A stretch of DNA of 64,000 bases from Takakia lepidozioides (Eukaryota > Plantae > Bryophyta): contig CM060732.1 of assembly GCA_030704615.1 (NCBI GenBank), positions 72,416,001 through 72,480,000 of the forward strand, read 5' to 3'. The position numbers were made by a program, and so were the translations under genes. Positions 40,198 to 52,584 of this stretch are shown here, piece by piece; the first letter of the stretch is position 1; every line of letters starts with the position of its first letter. The notes under the pieces are model-generated. The model saw only the letters and a program-made list of their open reading frames with translations, ran no database searches and was not told the origin of the DNA.

Positions 40198-40969
40198 CGC
40201 TGATCAGGCCTCCTTCCCTGTCCTCCCTCACACTTCTCCCGCCACTACCCTGCGGTGGGAACATTGATGCCTTCCGTTCGGGAACGGATCTTCCAATAAC
40301 TAGGATCCTTGGAGAATATTTTGTCTACAATTACGTCCGTCGAGTCAAGTTTCGTCCATGGGGCATCTGCTTCCATCCAGTAGGGTATAAAGGCCTATGA
40401 CTGTTCATCTAACTATGGTGAAAAATCTAAAGTTGAATTTTAGTCATTTTCTACCTGTAGAGTTTGTTTAACGTCCAGTGAATTTCCAAAGCCTAGTGCT
40501 CAACACACAGTCCATGGAGGGGCCAATGGAGGGGCCAATGGCCTGTATAGAGTTTATAAGATGCCCACACTTGGAACTACTTGATTTCATGAAGTTTACA
40601 CAAAGTTGTAGTGTTTCAAAGTGATTGCAACTGGCAAAGTGCATTTACAGTTTTCGGCGTAGAGCAACACCAGGTGAAAGTGAATGAAATTGTACTTGGG
40701 AGAACATAGGAATTGTATCTGAAAGAAAGAGTACAAAAAGTTGTACAGAAATTCACTTATTACAATTGCTTCAAAGTTGAACAATGTCAAACCATACATA
40801 AATATCAAAATCTCCCTAAGATTTCGTTCATCATCAAGTTTTTAGCTTAATCATGGAACTCAAAATCATACAAGTTTCATAGCTGCCACTCTTACTAGAC
40901 GTGGAGTAAATCATGCTTGAGAAGTCTAATTGCAAGGGACACTTACATAATTATAGAGTGCAAACAACC

Positions 40970-41530
40970 AGCATGTAGCCCAGTGGTAATGGGCACATAC
41001 CACGTTGGATGTGGTTGTGGGTTCAAACCACGGTCTGGTGTGTCATGAAGGTGTCCACCTTTCAGCTGGAAGATAGTAGCCTTGTGGCGAAGTGGCACCA
41101 TAAGTTACGCTCCATTCGGGAGGCGTCATATTTTCTTTGGAGACAATTAAACTATAGCCCGGTGGTAATGGGCACATACCACCTTGGAAGTGATCGGGGG
41201 TTCAATCCACTGACTTGGGGTCACAAACAGTGTTGGACTGGTATACCGATAGTTTTTTTGATACCTAACCAGTACTGATAATACCTTGGTATCAATTTCT
41301 AAAAACTCTTGATATTGATACCCGTAAAACACCACACCAATCAGGTATTATTGATACCACCATGGTATCCAAATCTCAGATTTTTGCCAATACCAGTACC
41401 TCCCTGGTATCACAATTGGTCGGAGGCCCTATATACCAGTACCAGTCTGGTGTGTTCAAAATACGATACCAATCCAACACTGGTCACAAAGGTGTCCACC
41501 TTCTTATCAGAAGGCAATAGGCCTTTTGGG
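40970..41530 (+). mobile_element. Two tandem tRNA-derived SINE-like units (the second interrupted by a MITE); a third decayed copy at about 43533-43632
   Basis: A-box TAGCCC(A/G)GTGG at 40976 and 41155; B-box GGTTCAA(A/T)CC at 41020 and 41199; anticodon-like hairpin ACCAC-7nt-GTG(G/A)T; shared tail AAGGTGTCCACCTT. Confidence 0.65.
41228..41482. mobile_element. hAT MITE, 255 bp, same family as 22459-23109
   Basis: TIR CAGTGTTGGACTGGTAT / ATACCAATCCAACACTG; 8-bp TSD GTCACAAA at 41220-41227 and 41483-41490. Confidence 0.92.
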
Positions 41531-41786
41531 TCAAGAGACAGCATAATTTGCATTTCTTTTGGTAGGTGTCATTTGTATTAAATATATAATAATATGTAGA
41601 GTGTATACTATCAAAAGAAGTTAAAATCTACTCATTACCGCAATGCATAATGTCTTTCTAAGATGGACAAACACCTGTTACTAGTGCATTCTTTGAAACA
41701 TCTAATGTATGGAAACCCATCCCATCCATATCTACATAAATGCCAAACCAACCAGAACGGGCATGACACAGAAAATTTCTTGGTGT

Positions 41787-42573
41787 TGTGTAAACTCATC
41801 TTGTATTAAAGAAAAAGAAAAATCATTATTCATCACCTTTTCAAGTGCAATTTGAGGAGATCAACTGCAAGTACGTCAATATAATTTAAATTTCATTCAA
41901 TGGGTGTTCATGTGCGATATGCTGATGACCGGGCACTTGTCTGATGTATAACAATATTGAAAAAGAGATTATCCACAAGGCTTTGCAAAACATTGTTGCA
42001 TATGTTTATGGGACGGGAGGAGATGATGAAAGTTGTGAGGCTTCAAGAATATCAAGAGATGAACAAGGTTGAAGGTGACGAGTCTGTCTAACACAACCAC
42101 TTATGACAAAATTCATTACAACATATATGGTTGATACTGCTAATTCAGGATGAGCAACTGAAACTACAATCTGTCATTTGTTCATGTGAGTTCAAGTGCA
42201 ACGCTTCATATGGTATCGTATGCGGAAAGAACTTATGCTAGAGAAAGGGTTCAATGCCTACAAGCTTTAGTTTATGTACATGAGACTAGCTGCTCATTCA
42301 ATATTAATCAAGTTATTTGATATTGATGCGTTTTAGTATGATGAAATCGTCCTCAAGAATTAGCATTGCTCAACATGTACAGTTGGATCTTCCTTCCATC
42401 TCTGATGTGTTGTAGACACTGCCTAATTTTGGGCAGATGTACAATATCACGCTCAATGTTGAGTAGCATTAATATATCTGCGCTAGTTGATTTCCTCAAA
42501 ATTGCACTTGAAAAGCATGATGGATAATTTGTTATTTATTTTTTCAAAATAAAACTAGATGAGTTTAGGTACA
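41787..42573. mobile_element. Old foldback/MITE-like element with about 85-bp degenerate terminal inverted repeats
   Basis: AAACTCATCT...TTTTCAAGTGCAATTTGAGGAGATCAACT (41787-41870) is inverted at 42481-42573; no TSD recognised. Confidence 0.6.
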
Positions 42574-42812
42574 CTTTAGTTCCACGATTGAGCTAAAAAC
42601 CTAATGTTGGACCACATTTTGACATTGAATTAGTACAGTTTGATGTTCAACTTTGAAATTAGTGGCTGGGAACTTCTTAGAGGTTGGGATCTGATCTTGT
42701 GGGTGACATGTTATAATGACATAGAATATGACACCGAGAGAGAACGCATTCTTGCACAGAGATAAGCATTTTTAGAAGACCATCATGGAGGGAATCAGCG
42801 CGGTACAGACTG

Positions 42813-43375
42813 GTGGAGTATCTGTTGCACCTTTTCTTACCAGTACCCTTTGAGGACTGGATACGTATTGTTGTGGCAAAGGCAACAGAAAATTGGGAGG
42901 AAGTGATCAATGCAGATTTATTGCGCTTCGGCTTACCTCCCTCCTTGCATGTGAAGTCATACCCATCTATGATGGCCTACAAAAATCACTATAGAATAAA
43001 CCATGTCGATGGTAGACAACATGTCACTTTTGACAGTGGAGTGTGTTCCACATTTAAACAAGATAGTAGGAGTTTTGCTTGAGACTCTAATCTAGTGAGG
43101 GGTTCACTTCAGTATGTGGGAGTGATAGGCGAATTTCTAGAATTGGATTATGACACCCTACATCATGTACTTTTCAAGTGCACTTGGGTGAGAGCAAACA
43201 TGGTCGGTCACAATGCCACCATGAAAGAAGATGAATATGACTTCACACTAGTAGACTTCACAAAGACCTTCCTGGAAACGTGGAGCCATTCATTTATCCC
43301 AGCCAAGTGGAGCAAGTTTTTTTTCATAATGACCCCAAGAATGCAGGCTGGAAGGTTGTCTTGCACAAAATGCAA
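42813..43375 (+). mobile_element. CACTA (En/Spm) transposase remnant, DUF4216-like
   Basis: HVTFDSGV, YVGVIGEFLELDY..VLFKCTWV, DEYDFTLVDF, then (frameshifted) EPFIYPSQVEQVFF..DP..GWKVVL; contains a stop and a frameshift. Confidence 0.8.
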
Positions 43376-44259
43376 CATCAACTTTTTTTTACATATGTTG
43401 GTACATTTATGCACTATTCTAATGCGCCCCACATATTTTAGAAGGATGAGATCAAATGTTTCTATCATCTATTTTTTGCAACTTGCTACACATAATTTGT
43501 CACATTAGAATGTAGGATGCAAGAGCATTAGAGCATGTAGCCCAATGGTCGGGAGTGTGTGCCTTGTCTGTGCATAAAGTATGTGATTAAGGGTTCAAAG
43601 TGTCCACTTTCCAACATAAAACAGTAGTCCTAATCTTGGAGTTATAATTTATGCTTTTTGTATGAGGACTTATATATACATATATAAATATATGTGATGC
43701 AGGAGGGTTGGAATGCATAATAAGGTTGAAATCTACATGACAATCCATCATCTTAAAGCTTTGGAGAAAGCTGTATGGAGGTGAAAATAGAGCCTAAATT
43801 GACAAGAGAAGATAAGAATTTTTGACCAATTGAATGGATATATATGTCAAAGTGGGCATCCCACGGATTTTTACCAATTGTCATGCGAAAATTAGATCTA
43901 TGATTCACACATCAATATACAAATTTTCACATCATTAAAATTTGCACGATTTTCATCATTCTTATTATTTTAGTATGACCGTAGGTGATGGTAGCTCCAT
44001 GGCAATATGAACAATGAAAGCATATTACAAGTTCCGAGTCATGTAAACTTATATGTTATATATATATTTTAAAACTTATTACATTTGTCATGCATTCTTT
44101 GTGTGTAAAATTACATTAAAAAATCATGGTTAATGTGTTACTGCAATATTAGTTCTATGAGACTTACCATGATGCATTGCCTCTATTCTAACAAATATAA
44201 GTTGAAATCTATGTCATCTACCATGTTTTTATCAACTGGACTAGGTGAATGTTTTAGGA

Positions 44260-44386
44260 TTGGCTACGGTTAGTGATGCCTATGGAAGGAGAGGTAAGTG
44301 GATCATGATGCTTCAGGACTTTGATTTCAAAGTACAGCACATACCAGGGATGAAGCATGACAGTGTTGATGATTTTCAGTAGAAAC
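44260..44386 (+). mobile_element. Ty3/Gypsy RNase H C-terminal fragment
   Basis: LATVSDAYGRRGKWIMMLQDFDFKVQHIPGMKH..VD. Confidence 0.7.
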
Positions 44387-45829
44387 TGAGTGAGATAAGA
44401 GGACCCCGAGATTCTAACCACAGAAATCACAAGAGATGAGATGGAGGCCTATCATAACAGCCAATGTGAGGTCTTGGTTTTAATCAGTTATGTCGTTGCC
44501 ACAAAACTAGGTGAAATATAGGGACACATGTCTCTTTCTAATCCAAAACCCAACATGTGTCAAATATGATTCTTTCGATTCTTATAAGGATATTTGTATT
44601 TGGTGTGTTTCAGGAGCATATGAGACAAGGTAGCAAAAAAATTCAACATGAAGGAGACAAAGATGCGTAGTTCAGCGCATTTTTCCTTTCAGGATGTTGG
44701 CGAGCATTCATTTGCATAGAAATACCTTATGACCTTATATCATGAGTGGGTCCCAACTGTGCACACGTTCTTTATGTTCCATATGTGCCCCATTGATAGA
44801 TAAATGTGAACATATTACTATGCATTGCACGTATGTACCTTATATATTGAGCGGGTCCCAACTGGGTATATGTTCTCAGTGTTCCATATGACTTCCCTTA
44901 TACCGGCATACGAATAATGCTACGATTTCAGACGACAGGCACAAACAAAGTTGCGGATGAAGTGTAGGTCATTTCTATGCATTAAAGGTCCTCGAGCTCG
45001 TCAGTAAGGAGAAGGTACGATATAGTAGATGTATGTTAGTCTCTATGTTAGTCTCCAAAAATTGCTTAGATTGCTTAAATTTGATTTGACACTTTGGACC
45101 ATTTGTGGGTTTGCAGGGTTGGGAGTTGCATTCCCTACCTTGCACTGTTGAAGTGCTGGAGGCTTGTGGCAGGGCTGCGTCCATGGTTGGGAGTCCGAAC
45201 TCGGCGGCTCATCCGTTCCGTTCGTTCAACAACAAGCTTACAAAATTGCACAATGAGGGATGTCTGGAATGACTGAAGGAAGCACTGGGACAGAAAAGCC
45301 TGACAATGCAGTCCATTCTCGGGCTCGGCATCGAATTGGTGACGGAGGCCCTTGGGGCAGTGCAACGAATGCCGGACGAGCATTCGACAGATGACGAGGA
45401 TGCTTGGAAATCATGCATCTGAGCATCGCCAGAGAGGGGAGATGGCCACAATAAATTCTCGGGCTCGCCACCAGCTCGGTGACAGAGGCCCTTGTTGTTC
45501 TGGTTGTACTTGAAAACCTGCCTTGTGATTTTTGGCTGTAAATACCACTTAGCTTATATTGGAGATAGCCTTGGAAGAGAACATTGCACAAACAACCTTG
45601 ATTTGCCTGCGTCAAAATGATAGCACTGTGTTATGCATCATACATAGAAAGCTCAGTGAGATGAATACTCATGAGAGAGGTGAGGTACACTATTACCTTT
45701 TGGTATGGGCCATTTGGCAATTCAAGGCTCACTTCAGTATTTTGTGGTAAGGACTGACCTTCAACCACTTAGATGAAAAGAAGCAGGAATGATTAAAGAT
45801 ATAGATCTGACGGCAAGACTTACCTTTAC

Positions 45830-46086
45830 TGTGGGTAAGGGATGAAACACCCCAATACATGTGACACCATATTTCTGGAATATTGCATGCTATACCCTAA
45901 GTAGATAATTTACCTCCACCATTTTGTTTATATCCTTCAAATTTCATCAGCAGTAATATAGCCTTACCCGAGGGAAAATATTATTTCAAAAATATATAAT
46001 ACCCAGATCCGGAGGGTAAGACAAAATATTTTCTTCGTATCCGGATCCGGAAGGTATGTTTAAAACACTATACCCGCACAACACAG
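45830..46086. mobile_element. Right end of a hAT-like element
   Basis: Ends in ACCCGCACAACACAG followed by the 8-mer GTCACAAC; the matching left end is at 47625. Confidence 0.6.
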
Positions 46087-46200
46087 GTCACAACCCCCAA
46101 TGCTTGTGCAATATCTAGCCTTGTACATAGCATCCTATACATGAGACTTCCCAAAACAATTTGATAAGGAATAGCTTTCATTGTCTCCATGTTTGTAGCA
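46087..46200 (-). mobile_element. Ty1/Copia RT fragment (part 1)
   Basis: MKAIPYQIVLGSLMYRMLCTRLDIAQALGVV resembles the Copia PY..VGSLMY..TRPDI..VGVV motif. Confidence 0.8.
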
Positions 46201-47519
46201 CTCTCATGACACATATCCTTCAAGAACAAATGGAGTAGTTGCCAAAATACGTTCAATGACCCCATAGTCACTACTACGTTTAGGGCCCTAAATACATTGT
46301 GTTGTACCCGTGGGGGTCTACGAGGCCCGACGCCCTCTTGTGCCTAAAGAAATATACATCGTGGGCCCATCTACGACGGAAAAGCGTTGCAAATTCACAA
46401 TTATGCCCGCTTAGCCATGCAAATCGAAATTTGCGACTTTGCAAAGTCGCAAGAATATTTTTCAATTTGGTGATGGTCATTTTGTGACGTTTTTCCGTTG
46501 CAAAATGATACTCACTAAAAAAACATTTAAAAAATAAATAAATTATGTATCTTCGACGTCCAACCGTCATAATATAACGGTGAGTAGATTATGTACATTT
46601 TATGTAGATTTAGTAGATTTTGAGTAGATTATGTTGCGATATTTTTTATTGCCTTAATATATATAGTTTTTACAAAATTGTCCAAGTACTTTATTGCAAC
46701 GCCTATAGATTGCAAAAGAATGTTTTGAGCATCTGAAACCCTTGGGCGTTAAAAAAATAAAAATGCAAAACTTACGACCACCTACATTGACATTATCAAG
46801 CCTCCATTGCGTGATCTAAAGTTACTAGGGGTGTTCAATTTGGAACTGTTGCACTACTAAATATCCACGTGTCTACTTTGAGACTTGGTCGTGACTCTCT
46901 CATTTCAAAACTTCTTACTAATCAGGAGACTTCGGGCAAAGATTGCACTTTTCAACATGACCTCATGTTGAATCATCACCCAATTCAAAAAACCATTTTA
47001 CGATCTGCATCCATCATTGAAAATGCACTGGATCATACTTAAATGGATTTTGAGTTCTAAAATTGCAACTGAGATTCTCGATGGAAGCCTAACATAGTCG
47101 GTCAAAATGCCTATGGCTAGCAGCATTGTGTAGCCAATAGATGGAACCCAAATCCTCCCAATCAGATTTTACTAGTCTCAACAAGAATCACGGTAGACAG
47201 TAAAGTAGTTCAATTCAAAGAAAGAGAATTTTTCATATTATTTATCTAGGACTTAGGCTAAAAATAATCTAAAGTATACAACAGCCCTAATACACACACA
47301 AGTGACCCGAGGTCCAAGTCTTTAATGCCACCTAATTTCTACGAAGCTATTTGAAACACCCCTGCAAAGAAGCTAGAAATGATCACTTCCGATAAGTTTC
47401 GGGTTTTTTTTATGTTGTCAAGAACCCACAAAACCAAATTTTGCTGCGAATTGAGAACTGAATTGATCTCATAGGGCCCAATCATTGTAAGTGCAAAACA
47501 CATTTAAAAAATATATATT

Positions 47520-47624
47520 AGTGAAATATAGACCAAAATCAATTGTGTCTCTCAGATAACAAAAATCCACTTTACTGCAACCCAATATAGTTGCCCAAGG
47601 TTAGTAAAAAAATATGGTCACAAC
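47520..47624 (-). mobile_element. Ty1/Copia RT fragment (part 2, direct continuation of part 1)
   Basis: VVTIFFTNLGQLYWVAVKWIF.YLRDTIDFGLYF resembles VVSQFM.NPG..HW.AVK.I.RYL.GT.D.GL. Confidence 0.7.
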
Positions 47625-47880
47625 CAGTGTTGTGCGGGTTATTCATATAACGTGCTATACCGGTTGGGTATATCAAGGTATAACCATTTAACTATAATTG
47701 GACCGACGGTTTTACTTATGTGCCATCAGAATGTAATCGGAGGATAATTAATAGATGATTACCCTTACCCTATACATAATCAGGGTGTTTGGGTGTGGAT
47801 ATACCCTTCCCCGGAGGAGGGTAAGGATTAGCTCAAAGGGCACATCACTGGTGGGTAAATCATTACCCCATCCTATCCCT
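47625..47880. mobile_element. Left end of a hAT-like element
   Basis: GTCACAAC followed by CAGTGTTGTGCGGGT; shares GGAGGGTAAG subterminal motifs with 45830-46086. Confidence 0.6.
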
Positions 47881-48179
47881 TTGTCCAATTGGTTCCAGCT
47901 GCCTTGCTCTAACCTGTTAAAGGTAATTTACTCAACCACCTCAGTTGATCATTGAAGGCCCCACTGCTCTGCACTCACCCCCCTTAAATCAAGCTCGGCA
48001 ACCCCCAGGCTCTTGTGGCACTTACAAATCAACCCCTGATCTTGTGGTGCTTCCAAAGTAACATGTGCTCCACGCATGTCTTCTATACAAATCTTACTTT
48101 TTGGAAGCATTGATAATGTTCATAATTTGGACCATACCTACTCGGATGGTATTTCAGATGTTGCTCACAAGAGAATATA

Positions 48180-49945
48180 GATCTATGGCTATTGTAATAT
48201 CAATTTAGTTGGAAATGATGATGACCACCATCTACATCTGACTATGATTTTATGTTGGCAAAGGTACAATTAGTTGAAGCAACAAGAAACAATTAAAATT
48301 GCTATGTCATCAATTGAGGTAGAATATGCGGTTGCATTTTAAGCCAGGAAATAGACAATATGGTTATAATCCTTTTTGACAAGTATTGGTCATTCACAAA
48401 TGAATACCATGATCATATATGATGATAACCAAGGGTGTATTGCTATCTCATGAAACGTATTGAGATTCTTCATCATATGGTACAAGAGAATATTGAGGCA
48501 TAAGTTGTCAAATTGGTTTGCCGTAACACCAACAACATGGTTGCAAATAAAGCTTTATGCTGAAAAGCATGAACGTTTTCAACGCTTGATGGGAGTGTTA
48601 AAATGCTTAACTTGCAGATAACTGGTTGAGTGGGGCGTTGGAAATCAACTCCTTACTAAATTATTTCTACTTAAAATTAACCCTTAAGTTCCCAAGCGAC
48701 CTGAATCGGGTCACTTTGAATTTGCAGTTCGACCTAATTTTTGCAGATCTAATCTGATGGGGCCCACTCCTGAAGCTTTAATGACAAGGGATTTGTCTGG
48801 AGTATGATGCAAAAAACAAAAAACAAAAAAACAAAAGCTACGACCTGCAAAAAATATCTTAGATCTCTCATTTACGTTTTGGGGCCTGAAAAGGGCTTGT
48901 TGACCGCTGACGTGGCAGTAAACAAGCCAAGCCCAAAACAGATTGCGCTCTAAAAGGCCATTTTTGGCAGAAAATTAGCAATTTTAGAAAAAGCACTTCA
49001 CCTTGTGGTGTGTGAGCATTACATACACACATCCACCATTGGCTTTTAGAAATTTTGTAGAAAAAAAAGTACTTCATATGGAGGCACATTTTCTCGTCAA
49101 TTTTGAGATTTCAACCCCCATGTAATTGCATGAATAGCAACCATAGGTGAAAAAATCTGTTGGACCTGCAATTTAGTGGGGTCATAGCCACTCCACTATT
49201 GATTTGGAAATGGTGTGCAAAATTGGATAAAGCTAGGTTTTGATTTGGTCAAACCAATTTCTTTCTCACTTTTTCTTTGGGACCTGATATTTGAGGTCCG
49301 AGCCAACGCTATAATCTCACAATTTCCACGGTGGACTTGGCTCATTTTTTGGTATGTCATGCATAAATGAGCTGGGCCCATTGCTATAAGGCTGGAATCT
49401 CTGGATGATTTTTGGTAGGTTTCTAGGAGCAATTTACTGCAGCTGGGTACCCAAAATTGGTAAAAAGTCAAAAAAGGGCTTGGGAACTTAAGGGTTAATG
49501 TCACGACAAATCAATAATATGCAATAATAGTACTTAATGATAAGTCTCAGTTGACAATAATATGCAATAATAGTACTTAATGATAAGTCTCAGTTGACAG
49601 TGACTACAAGTCGTAGTACTGTAGTCGGACATGACTATAGAGCATCCGGTGGTCATACTTATCTTTGTTAATTTTAGCATGGACACTTGGTATAAATAGG
49701 CCAGGACTCAGATGGATGAACGGGAATTTGTTGTGTTCCTATGGTTGGGTGGGAACTCTCATTTACAGAAACTTTATCTTTTATCTTTTCTTTGATCCTT
49801 CTTCTTTCAGTATTCAAAAGATTTTGGAAGCCTATTGCTCCATTTGCAAATTTGACCCCTATGAAGGAGTACTATAACCCCGTTTGTAATTCACTATAAT
49901 TCAGGGGATTCAGATTTGCTTGCTATAAATTATAACTTTCTAGCA
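48180..49945 (+). mobile_element. Decayed Copia RNase H, PPT and 3' LTR (LTR about 48636-49945, interrupted by a piggyBac-type insertion)
   Basis: AMSSIEVEY, IYDDNQGCIAIS, HERFQRLMGV; PPT-like TTGAGTGGGG; LTR ends (C)GTTGGAAA...TTTCTAGCA; internal TATAAATAG and a 43-bp tandem duplication. Confidence 0.7.
48681..49494. mobile_element. Non-autonomous piggyBac-type element, 814 bp
   Basis: TTAA|CCCTTAAGTTCCCAAGC ... GCTTGGGAACTTAAGGG|TTAA: a perfect 17-bp TIR starting with CCC and a TTAA TSD at 48677-48680 and 49495-49498. Confidence 0.8.
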
Positions 49946-51269
49946 CTTTAATGGCCCATTCCACATACAACTTTAGCCATACCACATTGTATTAACGGTA
50001 ACCCACTACCATTCATATGTTGTGTCATATTAACTTATTTTGAGAATTTATTTTTTTAAATTTTAGAAAAAGGGAGTGGATACCCTTAAGCTTTATAAAA
50101 GTTTGGGACAAAAACGTCCACAAATAACATAGAGGAACAAATTAAACCTTTGGAAATTATTGTTCAACTAAGCTGAAATTTCGGAGATGTAATTTTATAT
50201 TGACATCTTTACTCTAAAACCTAACATTTGTCTTTATGTTAAATCTCTTAGACGTGACGGTGTTACCATATGTCCATCACTCAGACTAGTTCGCATGATA
50301 ATTAGAAAATTAATGTGAAGGCTTTGAAATCTTGAGATTGGGTAGCGAGTGAGCACATCATGAGCTCACTTAGGCCCCGGCCGCACCTAGCTGCTAAGCG
50401 GCTTGCTAAGCTAGCTACCAGCCGTTAACAGCGTGGTGACGGCCGCACTTGCCCATTACAACCCCCGCTAGTTAGCAGGCTCCTAGCTGCTGTTAAAGCT
50501 GACGTAGGGGTTCCTCCGAAATTTAGCACGTCCTCCCCCAAGGTGGTAAATCGCGGTCACCGACTAAAAATCGGGCAGTCGATCTTGCGCGCAACAGAGG
50601 TATGCAACGACTCCCCTTCCCTGCGATCTCTCCCTTTCTCCCTCCCTGCCCCTCTTCCCTCTCTCTCTGCCTCCCTCTCTTTCATCATCTCTCTCAATCC
50701 ATCTCCTTCTATTCTTGTTCTTTCTTGTTTTTTGTTTTTGTTTTTGGTTGTTTGTGTATTCATGGGGTGGGTGACTGCACAGCAAGGAGCGCGGGGCGGG
50801 CGCGAGCAAGTCACCGGCGACCGTAGCTCAGTCAATGCAACTCGTTCGCAATTCAATGAGTGCCATTTACATAGTGCTTTGTGCTTTCCACATGGAGTGC
50901 TTTGTGGCTGGTGCAATGGGCTTCCCTCCTGTTGTTCTTGTGGTCTCCACTGTTGGCGTCAGGCTTGAATTGAGGAATTGATCCATGCTCAGTCTTTGGG
51001 CAGCTGTTGGCTAGGCTTGTTGTTCGTTTCTTCTGTTTGAGAGGTGCTGGGTCAATTGCCATGTTGTATATGTACAGGTGGTTGTCCGGTTGTATTGATT
51101 TATTGTCACTTGCCATTAAAGTGGGTTAAATGACAATGAATATCATTAGTGGCTGGCTTACAATATCTGAAGCAAACATCCAAGCCAAGAACGATAGCAG
51201 ATAGTGAAATGTCCAGGGATGGTGTGATTGACTTAAAAACTGATGAGGTCCAAACTTGCCAAAACAGAT

Positions 51270-52355
51270 TGTACTCATAAGACGTTGTTTGCCGTAGCCT
51301 TGTGGCCATTGACCCCGCGCCCAGTTTGAGTGGGAACAAAAGGAACAGAACCTACCTCCGTCAGGGGCTGACGTTGGTAGTAAGACTTACCATCATATAA
51401 GGAATTAATCCGGGTTTTCCAGATATCCTCTAGAAAACCCTTCACACAAGCATCAATCTGCTGTGTGTGATTTGCCCAAAAACTAGGCCTCAGGAGGGCC
51501 TGGGCTTTTGGCTCAGCCTCGAGACTTTCAAAGTTGGTAAACAGGGGTACAGGCACAATTCCCTTGATAGAATTGAAGAGAGCGTCTCCTTGGTGAGAGA
51601 ACCCTGGACAGTGTATCAGAAAGTGAATACTGTCTTCAGATTGCCCGCCCACACAGCGGGCAATTGCACTCTCCCTTTCCTCTCTGCTTCTGTTTGCTGT
51701 TCAAAGGTAGGCTTCCTGCCCCGAGTTTAAATTTCAGTCTAGTGCCGAGAGTGGGTAGACCCTTGAGGTCATCCAAGATGTCCTCCCCCATGTCACTGAC
51801 TGGAAACCAACCCTTATGTTTGCGGATGACTTCGCAGGCATAGGGGAGACTCCAACCAATCTCCAGGAGTTGATTGATTGCGCGAAGAGATACTTTGATC
51901 TTTGGGGGCTAGAGGCTAATGTCAGCAAATGTGCAATGGTAGCATTCAACGACAGAGGAGAGGGAGGAAGTGATCTTAAGTGGCAGTGGGGTAGCCAAGA
52001 GATCCCGGTCATCCAAGATAAGGTTAAAGAGGAGAACTAGGGCCTCTATCATGGGATCGCCACCGTGCTTGAGCTCGTTGACAATACCATCAGGTCCACC
52101 AGCTTTATATCCATTTAAATGTTCAATTGCTTCCACAATCTCAGAAGAACTAATGGGAGCGTTATAAGCCATTGAAATATACTCCAGTTCATCAGGGTTG
52201 TTTTGAATCATAGGAACAATTTTTCCAACTGTGTCCCTCCATTCAGCAGAAGACCCCTCACTGTTAGACCTAGAAGTTTTGCCAAGGATACTGTAGTGGT
52301 TTTCAAAGGTTTTGACAATGTCAACCGATGAAGTCACCATTGCACCTTTAGATAT
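51270..52355 (-). mobile_element. Rearranged LINE ORF2 fragment nested in the Harbinger
   Basis: Minus strand: EIVEAIEHLNGYKAGGPDGI..LVLLFNLI and GTRLKFKL..CPLCG..EDSIHFLIHC with the family 3' end. Plus strand 51780-52006: RT motif LMFADD..LQELID..WGLEANVSKC. Confidence 0.85.
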
Positions 52356-52434
52356 GCCCAATAGAGACAGACAGACAGCAACAGAGACTAGAGTAGCACG
52401 ATTACTCATTTCAAGTTTAAATTGGAAAAAATAC

Positions 52435-52584
52435 CTCAGCTTGCCAACAACCTGCCAGTGTTGCTGCCTGGACCAGTGCTCTTGCAATAGGGTGGGATGT
52501 TGTCCGCTCAACACCAGCAGCCAAAGACAGCAAATCCCTCTCTGTCCATTTTGGAGCTCTGGAACATGAGAACCAATATCCCAC
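52435..52584 (-). pseudogene. Captured single exon of a P1B-type (PAA1/HMA6-like) copper ATPase
   Basis: AG|...|GT-bounded 150-bp segment reading KWTERDLLSLAAGVERTTSHPIARALVQAA (E-x3-HP nucleotide-binding-domain motif). Confidence 0.75.

Noticed and set aside
40976-41210. Functional tRNA genes
   Set aside because: The acceptor stem and D-arm spacing are not intact, the copies are diverged and one carries a MITE; treated as SINE-like.
45094-45615. Protein-coding gene in overlapping ORFs with a roughly 39-bp repeated block
   Set aside because: No recognisable domain, stops in all frames, and it lies within TE debris.
46269-47523. Complete CACTA element (CACTA...TAGTG)
   Set aside because: The TAGTG at 47519 lies within the Copia RT continuation; there is no extended TIR match and no 3-bp TSD.
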